Shown here one piece after another: positions 26,977 to 36,682 of a stretch of DNA of 64,000 bases. The notes under the pieces were generated by a model. It saw nothing but the letters and a program-made list of their open reading frames with translations, was not told where the DNA came from and did not search any database. A program made the position numbers and the translations under genes. The stretch is from Gemmatimonadota bacterium (GTDB lineage: Bacteria; Gemmatimonadota; Gemmatimonadetes; Gemmatimonadales; GWC2-71-9): assembly GCA_041497135.1 (NCBI GenBank), contig JBGQFX010000007.1, positions 15,119-79,118 on the forward strand, given 5' to 3'. Each line of letters begins with the position of its first letter. The first letter of the stretch is position 1.

Positions 26977-29679
26977 ATGTCGAGACCGGTCAGCCTCGTC
27001 GCGGCGCTCCTCGCCGCCGCCCCCGCGGCGGCTCAAAACGTCCACCCCACGCCTCCGCCAGAAGCTCGGGCCGTCGCCCTTCAGGATCCGATCCGGCTCG
27101 ACGGCAAGCTCGATGAAGCCGTCTGGCACACGGCACCTCCGGCCGTCGGCTTTCAGCAGAATCAGCCCAACGAAGGCCAACCCGCAACCCAACGCACCGA
27201 AGTCCGCTTCGCGTACGACGCCGCCGCGATCTACGTCGGCGCGCGGATGTACGACGACTCGGGCGCGCGGGGCGTGCAAACCCGCCTGGTGCGTCGAGAC
27301 GGCAATTTCGATTCCGACTACCTCGAGGTCATTTTCGACACTTACCACGATCACATCGGCCGCCTCTTCTTCATGGTCAATCCGTCCGGGGTCCGGTACG
27401 ACGCCAATGGGCTGGGCGGTGGTGGGGACGAGTCGTGGGACCCGGTGTGGGAGGTGAAGACCACGATCGATTCGCTCGGCTGGACCGCCGAGATGCGCAT
27501 TCCCTTCTCGCAGCTGCGCTACCCGCAGACCACGGCCGGGCAGACCTGGGGACTGCAGATCTGGCGTCAGGTCAACCGCCTCAACGAGCTGTCGCAGTGG
27601 TCATTCTGGAAGCTGACCGAGTCCGGCGGGCCGCCCCGTTTCGGGCATCTGGACGGCCTCACGATCACCCGTGCGCCCGGCCGAGCCGAGATCCTGCCGT
27701 ACGTGGTGGGACGTTCGTCCAACGTGCCCGTGAGCGATCCGACCGACCCGTTCCAGAAGGCGCATGCGGTGGACGCCCGTGTGGGCGGTGATGCGCGATA
27801 TCTGCTCACCTCGAATCTCACGCTTGCGGCGACGGTCAATCCCGACTTCGGCCAGGTCGAAGTGGATCCGGCGGTGGTGAACCTGAGCGCGTTCGAGACC
27901 TTCTTCGAGGAAAGGCGCCCCTTCTTCGTGGAAGGGGCTGGGTACTTCGGGTTCGGCGGGCTGAACTGCTTCTTCTGCTCCAACGTATCCAGCCTCTCGA
28001 TGTTCTACACGCGTCGCATCGGCCGCAGCCCCCAGGTCTCGGACAACGCCTACGCCACCGGTCCCTACGCCGACGTTCCGGACAACACCGCCATCCTGGG
28101 AGCGGCCAAACTGACCGGCCGCACGCCCTCGGGCTGGTCGATCGGCGTCCTCGATGCCGTGACGCGCCGAGAGCGGGCCACCGTCCAGCTGGCCGACAGC
28201 ACCCGCACCCTGGTCACCGTCGAGCCGTTCACGAATTACTTCGTGGGCCGGGTCGCGAAGGACCTGCGCCAGGGGGCGACGGTAATCCGGGCGATCGGCA
28301 CATCCGTGGCCCGGGACATCAACGATCCGTTTCTCGCCGGTCGCCTCAGCAGGCATGCGGAGTCCGTGGGGTTGGGCACGGAGATGTTCTTCGCGCAGCG
28401 GAACTACCGCCTGATGGCGCAGGTGGCCGGCACCCAAGTCACGGGCGACCCGGCCGCGATTCTGCGACTGCAGCGCTCTAGCGCGCGCTATTTTCAACGC
28501 CCCGACCGCAAGAACGGCTCGAACGGATTCCTGAGCGATGCCTACAATCCGAACGCAACGGTGCTGCGGGGGTTGGGCGCCTACGCCCGGTTCGCGCGCG
28601 ACCAGGGGAATTGGCTGTGGGAGGTCTCGACCAACGTGCGCACGCCGGGGTTCGAGAACAACGACATCGCGTTCCTGTCGCGTGCCGACTACGTGTACAT
28701 GGGCGGCAACATCTTCCGGCAGTGGACCAAACCGACCAGCTGGTATCGTCAGCTGTTCTTCATCGTCGGTGGACAGCAGCAGTACAACTTCGACGGCGAC
28801 CTGACCGAACGGCAGGGGCAGATTTTCGGCTACATCCAGCCGCGCAACTACTGGGAGATCAACGGATTTTGGATTCACCGCCCGAGCGTGCTCGACGACC
28901 GCCTCGCGCGCGGTGGCCCGGTGCTGCGGCGGCCGGGCGTCGATTTCTGGTCCGCGAGCGTCTCCACCGACCGGCGCAAGGCGCTCGTCGCCAACTTCAA
29001 CGCCGACCTGGGCTGTAATCGTGACGGCGACTGCAACCGGTCCATCGGCGTCGACCTGCAGGTCCGGCCGGCCTCGAACATCTCCCTCCTGCTCGGACCA
29101 TCATTCAGCCACTCGGAGAACGGCTTCCAGTTCGTTCGCGCGATCGCGGATACGATCGCCCCTCCGCCCGGGTTTGGTGGCGAGCGCTACGTCTTTGCCG
29201 ACCTGCGCCAGAACGAGATCGTCATGAACACCCGGTTCAACATCACATTCACGCCCAACCTGACCTTCGAGCTGTTCGTGCAGCCGCTGATCTCGAGCGC
29301 CAGGTATGCACGCTACAAGGAGTTCGCGGCACCGCGAAGCCTGCAGCGGCTCGTCTACGGAGTGGACATCGGGACTGATTCGCTCGTGCGGGGAAGCGGC
29401 GGGGCGCCCGATTCGAATTTCATCGATCCCGATGGAAGCGGCCCGTCTCAGCGTTTCGTGATCGAGAAACCCAGCTTCACGTTCCGCTCGCTGCGCGGCA
29501 ACGCGGTGTTGCGGTGGGAGTATCGTCCGGGATCCACGCTCTATCTGGTGTGGACCCGCAATAGCGCGTCCGCGCTCGCGCGCGGGACGATCGATTTCAG
29601 CGCGGACGCGGACGCGCTGTTCCGCGGCCCCGCCGAGAATATTTTTCTCTTGAAAATGAACTTCTGGCTGGGGATGTAG
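26977..29679 (+). CDS. CBM9-like/DUF5916 family outer-membrane protein (intact)
   Basis: ATG 26977 within ORF 26305-29679; the upstream part of that ORF overlaps the hydrolase gene. Signal peptide MSRPVSLVAALLAAAPAAAQ. The N-terminal CBM9-like block is (LDGKLDEAVW...GFQQNQPNEGQPATQRTEV...EVIFDTYHD). The long C-terminal region is beta-rich and ends in an aromatic-rich segment (...IFLLKMNFWLGM). Confidence 0.75.
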   Translation: MSRPVSLVAALLAAAPAAAQNVHPTPPPEARAVALQDPIRLDGKLDEAVWHTAPPAVGFQQNQPNEGQPATQRTEVRFAYDAAAIYVGARMYDDSGARGVQTRLVRRDGNFDSDYLEVIFDTYHDHIGRLFFMVNPSGVRYDANGLGGGGDESWDPVWEVKTTIDSLGWTAEMRIPFSQLRYPQTTAGQTWGLQIWRQVNRLNELSQWSFWKLTESGGPPRFGHLDGLTITRAPGRAEILPYVVGRSSNVPVSDPTDPFQKAHAVDARVGGDARYLLTSNLTLAATVNPDFGQVEVDPAVVNLSAFETFFEERRPFFVEGAGYFGFGGLNCFFCSNVSSLSMFYTRRIGRSPQVSDNAYATGPYADVPDNTAILGAAKLTGRTPSGWSIGVLDAVTRRERATVQLADSTRTLVTVEPFTNYFVGRVAKDLRQGATVIRAIGTSVARDINDPFLAGRLSRHAESVGLGTEMFFAQRNYRLMAQVAGTQVTGDPAAILRLQRSSARYFQRPDRKNGSNGFLSDAYNPNATVLRGLGAYARFARDQGNWLWEVSTNVRTPGFENNDIAFLSRADYVYMGGNIFRQWTKPTSWYRQLFFIVGGQQQYNFDGDLTERQGQIFGYIQPRNYWEINGFWIHRPSVLDDRLARGGPVLRRPGVDFWSASVSTDRRKALVANFNADLGCNRDGDCNRSIGVDLQVRPASNISLLLGPSFSHSENGFQFVRAIADTIAPPPGFGGERYVFADLRQNEIVMNTRFNITFTPNLTFELFVQPLISSARYARYKEFAAPRSLQRLVYGVDIGTDSLVRGSGGAPDSNFIDPDGSGPSQRFVIEKPSFTFRSLRGNAVLRWEYRPGSTLYLVWTRNSASALARGTIDFSADADALFRGPAENIFLLKMNFWLGM

Positions 29680-29686
29680 CTCGGTC

Positions 29687-31222
29687 TTACGGCGCGCCGC
29701 GCGCCTGCGCGAGCCCTGGCAGATCTGGGTCCGCCGCGCGCCAGATCATCATCAGCTCCTGGGAGGCTCGTTGCGCAGCTGCCCGTTCTCCTGCGGCGGT
29801 CGCAGCGCGAACGAGCCCCAGGAGGGCGGGCGTGCGCCGCGGCGCGCGGGTGAGGGCGAGCGCAAACTCGCGCAGCGCGTCCACCGGGTTTCCCGCGGCG
29901 ACCAGCTCCCGCGCCAGCAGCTCATGTGAGGGCTGGTTCACGAACGGCGGGCCGAAGGCGTAGGCCATGCCGTCCTCGAGCGCCGCCGCGCGCCGCAGCG
30001 TGTCCAGCGTCCCCAGGATCACGCCCACGAGCTCGAGCCGGAGCACCTCGTTGCGGGTGAGAAACTGCTCGTCGTCCGGTGAGGGTGAGCCGGAGTCGCT
30101 CGTGACCGCGGCGGCGATCTCGCGCTGCGCCTGCCCGAACCCGGCGAGCGCTCGTCGGGCGACGGCCGTGTCCCCCTGACGCGCGGCCGCCATGCCACGC
30201 GTGAACCAGTAGCTGAGTCGTGGGGCGGGGGAGTCGCCCGGCTGCACGTTCCAGCGCGCGACCGCGCCGGACCAATCCTCCGTGTCCAGCACGTGCCGCG
30301 ACCACATCGTGACGAAGGAGTAGGCATCCGGGTCCAGCGCTCGCGGTCCGGGGTTCGATCCCTGCGCCTGGTCCCGGCATGCGGCGAGCAGGCGCCTGGC
30401 CTGGATCACACGGCCCTGCTCCAGGTACCCGTAGTGAAGGAACGCGTTGTAATGCCCACACGCAGTCGAGCGGTGCGCGACCCGGACCGCGCGTTCGTTG
30501 GCCTCGACCACGTCGTCCCAAGCCCCTAGCGCCACGAAAATGTGCGACGTCATGTGCAGCGCATGTCCGGCGTCGGGGGCGATCCCGGCGAGCGCGCGGG
30601 CCGCGCGCAGCGCCCCGGCGGCGTGGTCGGGATCGTCCATCCCGTGGATCCAGTAGTGTGCCGCGCCGGGGTGACGCGGCTGCCGGGCGAACACGCTTTC
30701 CGCGATGGCCGCCGCACGCAGGTAGGTCGGGACCTGGCGCACGCTCTGGCTCAACCCGAGCAGGGAGAGCGCGTAGAACAGCCGGGCTTCGTCGTCTCGC
30801 GGATTCGCGTCCACCAGCCGCTGCATCGCGATCGAATACGCCGTGTCGCGACGCGCCTTCGGGCCGTCGCCGTAGAGAACCTCGACCGCTCTCAGATAGC
30901 CCCGCTCGCGCTCCGTCGGCGCCATCGGGGCCCGCGCGAGTGCGGCCCGTGCCGCCGGCACGTCCTGCTCGTTCCAGACCGGATGCGTATAGGTCATGGC
31001 CTCGCCCCAGTACGCCATGACGAAGGTCTGGTCTAACCGCTGGGCTTCGCGAAACGCCGCGGCGGCGGCGGGATACTCAAACACGTGCAGCAGCAACACG
31101 CCGCGCGCGAAAGCGCGCTGGGCGGCGGGGACGGTCGTGGAAGTCGGGAAGGAGACGGTGCCGAGGCCCGGGATGGTCTGGGCGCCGGCGGTCGAAGCGA
31201 GGAACAGGAGGAGTCCCCTCAC
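29687..31222 (-). CDS. Exported all-helical TPR-like protein, function unknown
   Basis: The GTG start overlaps the PP2C TGA (GTGA). It has a short signal peptide MRGLLLFLASTAGAQ. The sequence is Ala/Leu-rich and repeat-like throughout (…AFREAQRLDQTFVMAYWGEAM…). Confidence 0.6.
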   Translation of the reverse strand: MRGLLLFLASTAGAQTIPGLGTVSFPTSTTVPAAQRAFARGVLLLHVFEYPAAAAAFREAQRLDQTFVMAYWGEAMTYTHPVWNEQDVPAARAALARAPMAPTERERGYLRAVEVLYGDGPKARRDTAYSIAMQRLVDANPRDDEARLFYALSLLGLSQSVRQVPTYLRAAAIAESVFARQPRHPGAAHYWIHGMDDPDHAAGALRAARALAGIAPDAGHALHMTSHIFVALGAWDDVVEANERAVRVAHRSTACGHYNAFLHYGYLEQGRVIQARRLLAACRDQAQGSNPGPRALDPDAYSFVTMWSRHVLDTEDWSGAVARWNVQPGDSPAPRLSYWFTRGMAAARQGDTAVARRALAGFGQAQREIAAAVTSDSGSPSPDDEQFLTRNEVLRLELVGVILGTLDTLRRAAALEDGMAYAFGPPFVNQPSHELLARELVAAGNPVDALREFALALTRAPRRTPALLGLVRAATAAGERAAAQRASQELMMIWRAADPDLPGLAQARGAP

Positions 31223-32103
31223 GCGGGGTCTTTGCGCAGCGACCGGCCGACGAGGATCGTGACGTTGTCGCTGCCCCCGCCGTCCAGCGCGTCCTGCAGC
31301 AGCGCCTCACACACCTGCTGCGCGGACGTCATCGTGGCCAGGCGCTGCTTGATCCGCTCGTCGGAGACGTGCTGGGTGAGGCCATCGCTGCACAGCAGCC
31401 CGACGTCGCCCCAGGCCTGCTCGAGGCGGGTGACCGCCGGCGCCGCCTCCGGGCCACCGATGGAGCTGGCAAGCACGTGGGCCCAGCGCGTACTCATTGG
31501 GTCGGTGCGGGTGAAGACGCCTTGATCCACGAGATCCTGGGCCAGCGTCTGGTCGCGCGAGATCTGATTCAGCTCGCCGTGGCGCAGCAGGTAGCAGCGG
31601 CTGTCGCCCACTTGGAGCAGATAGGCGCGCGGCCACACGCCGAGCCAGAGAGTGAGCGTGGTGGCCATCCCGTGCCGGGCGGGGTCATCCTGCGCCAGTC
31701 GGGTCAGCTCCATGTGGCAGTGGAGCGCCGCCTCCTCGAGCGCGCGGGGGAACGTCGCGTCGTCCCAGGCATCGGCGGCGTAGTAGCACTGCGTGCTTTC
31801 GACGACGTAGCGCATGATGGCTTCGGAGGTGATGCGGCTCGCTTCTTCTCCTTTGGGGCTGCCTCCCACGCCGTCGGCGACCATGGCGAGAAACGCCAGC
31901 CGCTCGTTCCCACGCATCGAGTCGTTCGGCGGCAGCGAGGTGAGGTGCACCTCCATGCGCTTGCGTAGCGACGCGAGGAGGAAATGATCCTGATTGTTCG
32001 GCCGCACCTTGCCCGGATGGGTGAGACCGAAGACGTCGATCTCGTCATCGCGCGGCTTGCGGCCCGCCGCGCGCACCGTCACGGATTGTCGCGGCGCGGT
32101 CAT
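31219..32103 (-). CDS. PP2C family Ser/Thr protein phosphatase
   Basis: Motifs: GLTHPGKVRPNNQDHF, VADGVGG, LLCSDGL, and GGSDNVTILV, the canonical PP2C metal-binding motifs. The ATG overlaps the PaaI TGA (ATGA). Confidence 0.87.
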   Translation of the reverse strand: MTAPRQSVTVRAAGRKPRDDEIDVFGLTHPGKVRPNNQDHFLLASLRKRMEVHLTSLPPNDSMRGNERLAFLAMVADGVGGSPKGEEASRITSEAIMRYVVESTQCYYAADAWDDATFPRALEEAALHCHMELTRLAQDDPARHGMATTLTLWLGVWPRAYLLQVGDSRCYLLRHGELNQISRDQTLAQDLVDQGVFTRTDPMSTRWAHVLASSIGGPEAAPAVTRLEQAWGDVGLLCSDGLTQHVSDERIKQRLATMTSAQQVCEALLQDALDGGGSDNVTILVGRSLRKDPA

Positions 32104-32588
32104 TGGGTTCCGCTCACCATGGTCGCCGGCATGCGCACCGCGACCGCTTCGCCCCGCGCGGTGACCGCGTCACCCACCGACACGGTGGCGTCCACCACCA
32201 CCTTGCGATCGCTCGCCTGTCGGACCCGCGCGCGGATCACGAGCTCCGGACCGAGCGGCGTCGGCTGCAGATAGTCGACGCGCAGCGAGGCGGTCACGAA
32301 GCGTGGCGACGGCGCGGCCCCGACGTCCTGTCCCGCCGCCCGGAGCATCGCGGCGGCCGCGGTGCCCATGGCGTGGCAATCGATGAGCGAGGCGATCAGG
32401 CCCCCGTACACGAACCCGGGGACGGCCGTCTCCCAGGCCCGGGGAGTGTAACGCGACACGGTCTCCTCGCCCTCCCAGTGGGTCCGCACGTGCAGCCCGT
32501 GCTCGTTCAGGCGGCCGCAGCCGTAGCAGTGCGCAAAATCGTCGGGATAGAAATCCTGGACGGCACCGTCCGCAGCAGGCGCGCTCAT
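32100..32588 (-). CDS. PaaI-type hotdog-fold thioesterase
   Basis: Internal ATG at 32588 of ORF 32100-33032. Motifs: CYGCG...GLH...GFVYGGLIASLIDCHAMG, then a long beta region, as in PaaI/YbgC-like proteins with an N-terminal Cys-containing segment. Confidence 0.78.
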   Translation of the reverse strand: MSAPAADGAVQDFYPDDFAHCYGCGRLNEHGLHVRTHWEGEETVSRYTPRAWETAVPGFVYGGLIASLIDCHAMGTAAAAMLRAAGQDVGAAPSPRFVTASLRVDYLQPTPLGPELVIRARVRQASDRKVVVDATVSVGDAVTARGEAVAVRMPATMVSGTQ

Positions 32589-32962
32589 GTCGGTTTCGGG
32601 ACGACGAGCTGAGTCGTGTCGGGCAGGTTCGGCACGACACAGAGGAACTCGAACGGCTCCCCCGGCTGCGCCTGATACCAGTGCGGCATGCCCGCGGGGA
32701 TGAACACGACGTCGCCGGCGCGCACATCGTGGACCTGGTCGCCGATGCCGACGCGGGCGCGGCCACGCAGCACGTACTGCTCGTGCTCGACCGTGTTCGT
32801 GTGCGCCGGCATGCCGCCGCCGGGCTGCATGATGAAGCGGCGCAGGGCGAAGTGGGGCCCTTCGTCGGGGCCGATCAGCACCTGCCGGGTCGTCTGCGTG
32901 CCGGCCGACACCGGCTGCGTGACGACGTCGTCCGCGTGTTTGACGGATGGTGTGGGCGCCAT
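32585..32962 (-). CDS. Cupin domain protein
   Basis: 125 aa. Motifs: GGGMPAHTNTVEHEQYVLRGRA...GDVVFIPAGMPHW, the two cupin motifs. The stop overlaps the PaaI ATG (ATGA). Confidence 0.8.
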   Translation of the reverse strand: MAPTPSVKHADDVVTQPVSAGTQTTRQVLIGPDEGPHFALRRFIMQPGGGMPAHTNTVEHEQYVLRGRARVGIGDQVHDVRAGDVVFIPAGMPHWYQAQPGEPFEFLCVVPNLPDTTQLVVPKPT

Positions 32963-33049
32963 GGGAGAAAAGCCTAGCAGCCGGACCGTCGCGTCGCCAC
33001 CGGGACCCGAGGCTCGCGGCGACCCCTGTCACCCCGCATCTTCAGGCCT

Positions 33050-35098
33050 GTGATCGACGATCGATGGGGCGCGGGCCCGACTCCCGGGGCGGACGAGCTG
33101 GATCAGCTGGTGTATCTCTCCACCCGCATCGGGCAGGAGCCCCGCCTGGTCCAGCCCGGTGGGGGCAATACCTCGACCAAGCTCGGCGACCGGCTCCTGG
33201 TCAAGGGCAGCGGGACCGACTTGCGCACGATCGGCCGCGCCGGCTTCACGCGTCTGTCGCTCCCCGCGCTGGCCGCGCTGCGCACCGTGGACGCGATGGG
33301 TGACGCCGAGATGATGCAGTTCATGGCCGCGGCGATGACCGATGGCGGCGGCCCGATGCCCAGCGTCGAGACGCCGCTGCACGCGCTGCTTCCCGCCCGC
33401 GTGATCGCCCACACGCACGACGTGGCGACCATGAGTCTCACCAACGTCAGCGAAGCCACGGCCCAGCGGCTCGTGCAGGAATTGTTCGCGGGCGAAGTGG
33501 TCCTCGCCCCGTACGTCCGACCGGGGTTCCCGCTGGCGCGGGCCGTGAGCCGGATGGCGGACGCGTTGCCGGCCAACGCCATCGGGTTGGCGCTCGCGCA
33601 CCACGGCCTGATCGTATGGGCGGACGACGCGCGGGCGTGCTACGAGCGGCTGCTGCGACTGGTGAACCGCATCGAGGAGTATCTCGATGCCCGCCGGCGC
33701 GGTTGCGAGCCGTTCGGCGCGCCCGGTCCGATCCCGAGTGCGGCGACGCGTCGGCGCGCCGCCCAGATCGTGCTGCCCGCGGTTCGCGGTACGCTCGGCG
33801 GCGCCCAGCGGGTGATCCTGCACTTCGATGACGCTCCCGAGGTCCTGACCGATCTATCCGGGGACCGATTGGCGAGCGTGGCGGCTCGCGGTATGGCGAC
33901 GCCGGAGCACATTCTGCGCGCCGGACCGCTGCCGCTCTGGGTCGACCTCGATCTGGAGGCCGCGCCGGAGCGGATGGCGTCGGAGCTCGGCTCCCAGCTG
34001 GCACGGCATCGGAACGAGTACGAGGCGTACCACGCCCGACACGCGCCAGTGGGAGAGCTTCCCCTGGTGGATTGGGCCAAGGTCGTGCTCGTACGCGGCC
34101 TCGGGATGATCACCGCGGCGGGCGACAAGCGGGGCGCGCTGACGGCCAACGCCTGTTACCGGGCGGTGCTCCAGACCATGGCGAATGCGGAAGCGCTCGA
34201 AGCGTTCCGGTTCATTCCCGAGGCCCAAGTGTTCGAGTTCGAGCACTGGCCGCTCGAGCGACGCAAGCTGGACGAGCAATCCGCCCGGGAGCGCGCCACC
34301 CGCCTCGTCCCCCGACACGTCGTGGTGGTGGTCGGCGGCGGCAGTGGGATCGGGAAGGCCGCGGCGCGGCGCTTTGCCGAGGCAGGGGCGCATGTCGTGG
34401 TGGCGGATCTGGACCTTGGGGCAGCGGCGGTCGTGGCGGATGAGATCGCGGCGCAGCTTCCGGGACGCGCGCTGGGGCTCGCGGTCGACGTCACAGACGA
34501 CGCCAGTCTGGGGCGCCTGTTCGACCGGACCGTGCTCGAATTCGGCGGCCTGGATTGCCTGTTCTACACGGCGGGGGCGCTGCCTCGCTTCGCTCCTGTC
34601 ACGGACATCCGGCGCGAGGACCTGCAGCGGCAGCTCGACATTCACTACACGGGCGCGGTGCTCGCCATGGGCGCCGCGGCGACGATCATGCGACGGCAGG
34701 GGCAAGGCGGCTCGATCGTCGTCTCGGTGTCGAAGGCGGCGCTCGCGGCCGGGCGGGACGCTGTGGCCTACGGCGGCAGCAAGGCCGCGGTGCTGCAGGC
34801 GCTGCGGGTGGCGGCGGTTGAGCTGGGTGGCGACGGCATCCGCGTCAACGCGATCAACGCGGATCAGGTCGATACGCCGCTGTTCCGTCAGTTCGTGGCC
34901 GAGCGCGCCCGGCAGCGGGGCGTGTCCGTCGACGAACAGCTCGAGACCTATCGCCGCCGCAACGCGCTGGGGGTCTCGCTGATCCCGCCGGAGGCGGCGG
35001 CGGATCTTGCCGTGCTGCTGGCGAGCGAGCGGTTCCGCTATACGACCGGCGACATTCTCACGCTGGACGGCGGCCTCCCCGAAGCCTTCCCCCGCTGA
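33050..35098 (+). CDS. Bifunctional class II aldolase/adducin-domain plus short-chain dehydrogenase protein (rhamnulose-1-phosphate aldolase/lactaldehyde dehydrogenase-like)
   Basis: GTG start. The N-terminal half reads ...LVQPGGGNTSTKL...IAHTHD.... The C-terminal half carries SDR motifs: VVVGGGSGIGKAAA (the glycine-rich NAD-binding motif), and YGGSK (YxxxK). At 682 aa it is typical of this fusion. Confidence 0.88.
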   Translation: MIDDRWGAGPTPGADELDQLVYLSTRIGQEPRLVQPGGGNTSTKLGDRLLVKGSGTDLRTIGRAGFTRLSLPALAALRTVDAMGDAEMMQFMAAAMTDGGGPMPSVETPLHALLPARVIAHTHDVATMSLTNVSEATAQRLVQELFAGEVVLAPYVRPGFPLARAVSRMADALPANAIGLALAHHGLIVWADDARACYERLLRLVNRIEEYLDARRRGCEPFGAPGPIPSAATRRRAAQIVLPAVRGTLGGAQRVILHFDDAPEVLTDLSGDRLASVAARGMATPEHILRAGPLPLWVDLDLEAAPERMASELGSQLARHRNEYEAYHARHAPVGELPLVDWAKVVLVRGLGMITAAGDKRGALTANACYRAVLQTMANAEALEAFRFIPEAQVFEFEHWPLERRKLDEQSARERATRLVPRHVVVVVGGGSGIGKAAARRFAEAGAHVVVADLDLGAAAVVADEIAAQLPGRALGLAVDVTDDASLGRLFDRTVLEFGGLDCLFYTAGALPRFAPVTDIRREDLQRQLDIHYTGAVLAMGAAATIMRRQGQGGSIVVSVSKAALAAGRDAVAYGGSKAAVLQALRVAAVELGGDGIRVNAINADQVDTPLFRQFVAERARQRGVSVDEQLETYRRRNALGVSLIPPEAAADLAVLLASERFRYTTGDILTLDGGLPEAFPR

Positions 35099-35121
35099 GC
35101 CGCGCGCGTAATCTTTCCCCG

Positions 35122-35391
35122 ATGGCGTTCCACCGCTGCACGGTCACCCTCGAGGACGGCAGTCTCGTCGCCAAAGACGTCGACGTCGCGATGGACGAGG
35201 TCGATCGCCACGGCGCCGACGAGTGGTTCGGGACGATCACCGCCACTCATCTCACCAGCCTCTCCCCCGGTCAGCGCTACCGGCTCGTGCTCGACGACGG
35301 GCGGACGGGGGAGTTCATGGTGCGGCGCAATACCTTCGCGGGCGGCGTGAGCCGGGCGGTCGCCATTCAGGGCGTGGGCGCGCTGCGTTAG
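35122..35391 (+). CDS. Hypothetical small protein (89 aa)
   Basis: An ATG ORF with strong third-position G/C bias, sitting in a 300-bp slot between two well-supported genes. I recognise no family. Confidence 0.5.
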   Translation: MAFHRCTVTLEDGSLVAKDVDVAMDEVDRHGADEWFGTITATHLTSLSPGQRYRLVLDDGRTGEFMVRRNTFAGGVSRAVAIQGVGALR

Positions 35392-35398
35392 ACCTGGA

Positions 35399-36682
35399 TT
35401 ATCGCAGCCACGCCGAGATCGCGTGAATGCACAGGCCGACCAGCCCTCCCACCAGGGTGCCGTTCATGCGGATGTACTGCAGGTCGCTGCCGACGGCGAG
35501 CTCGAGACGTTGCACCGCACTCTCCGGATCCCACGCGCTCACCGTATGGGTGATCAGCTCGGCCACCTCGGGGCGGTGCTGCTCGACCGCGGTGGCCACC
35601 GCTTCGATGAGGAAGCCGTCCAGCTCCGCCGCCAGCGCCGGGTGGGCGAGCAGCGATTCGCCCACCGTGCTGATGCCGCGCTCGAGCGCATCCAGCGGTG
35701 CGCCCTCCGGGTTCGCGCGGTAGCGCTCGGCGGCCCGGCGGGCGGTGTCCCACAGCGACGCGGCCCAATCCTCGACGAGCGGGTGCCCCAGCATCTGCTC
35801 CTTCAGCGCTTCGGCCTTGGCACCGACTTCGGGTGAGTGCTTCAGCCGGTCGATGAAATCACTCAGCGCCTGGTCGAAGCGGCGCCGCAGCGGGTGGTGC
35901 GGGTCGGCGCGCACGTTGTCCACCAGCCTGGTGACGCCGTGCAGCACCTTCTTGAACACCACCTGATCCAGAACGCCCGGGACCCACCAGGGGCTCGAGC
36001 TGCGGATGCCATCGCGGATGGCCTCCGGATTCTCCTCGATCGTCCGCGCGATGATGCCGATCGCCTCATTCAGGAGCTCCTGGTGCCGATCATCGGCGGT
36101 GACGAGCGTGAGCACGTCGCTCAGCATCGGCGCGACCGGCGTCTTGCGGATGCGCGCCACCGCGCTGCGCTGAATGATCGCCCGCACCGCTTCGTCGGGC
36201 AGGGCCAGGGTGGTGCGCGCCACGCCGGCGGCGAGCTGGCGGGCGAGTCGGGCGCTGTGGCCCGGCTCGGCGAGCCAGCGGGCCACGCGCTCCGACAGGC
36301 GCATCGCCCGGAGCTCCGCGGTGACGATGTCGCGCGATAGAAAGTGATTCTGCACGAAGTTGCCGAGCACCCGGCCGATGCGGTCCTTTTGCCTGGCGAC
36401 GATGGCCGTATGCGGAATCGGGATGCCGAGCGGATGCCGGAACAGCGCGGTGACGGCGAACCAGTCGGCCAGTCCGCCGACCAGCGAGGCTTCGGCGGTG
36501 GCCCGGACGTAGCCGAGCCACGGGTGGCCGGGCTCGAGCAGGCGCGCCGCGACGTACACGGCCAGGGCCAGCACGAGCAAGCCCGAGGCCCGGCGCCGCA
36601 TCGTCTCGAGGCGCCGCCGCCGCTCGGCGGCATCGATAGGGGTGGTGGATCGTGTCGCTGAGGAAGCCTCAGCGCCGCGCAT
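35399..36682 (-). CDS. DUF445 family membrane protein
   Basis: ORF 35399-36715 begins with TTG; I prefer the ATG at 36682. Motifs: ...EASLVGGLADWFAVTALFRHPLGIPIPHTAIV... and C-terminal ...NGTLVGGLVGL..., as in DUF445/YjiN-like proteins. The start is uncertain, and it overlaps the DUF411 3' end. Confidence 0.75.
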   Translation of the reverse strand: MRGAEASSATRSTTPIDAAERRRRLETMRRRASGLLVLALAVYVAARLLEPGHPWLGYVRATAEASLVGGLADWFAVTALFRHPLGIPIPHTAIVARQKDRIGRVLGNFVQNHFLSRDIVTAELRAMRLSERVARWLAEPGHSARLARQLAAGVARTTLALPDEAVRAIIQRSAVARIRKTPVAPMLSDVLTLVTADDRHQELLNEAIGIIARTIEENPEAIRDGIRSSSPWWVPGVLDQVVFKKVLHGVTRLVDNVRADPHHPLRRRFDQALSDFIDRLKHSPEVGAKAEALKEQMLGHPLVEDWAASLWDTARRAAERYRANPEGAPLDALERGISTVGESLLAHPALAAELDGFLIEAVATAVEQHRPEVAELITHTVSAWDPESAVQRLELAVGSDLQYIRMNGTLVGGLVGLCIHAISAWLR

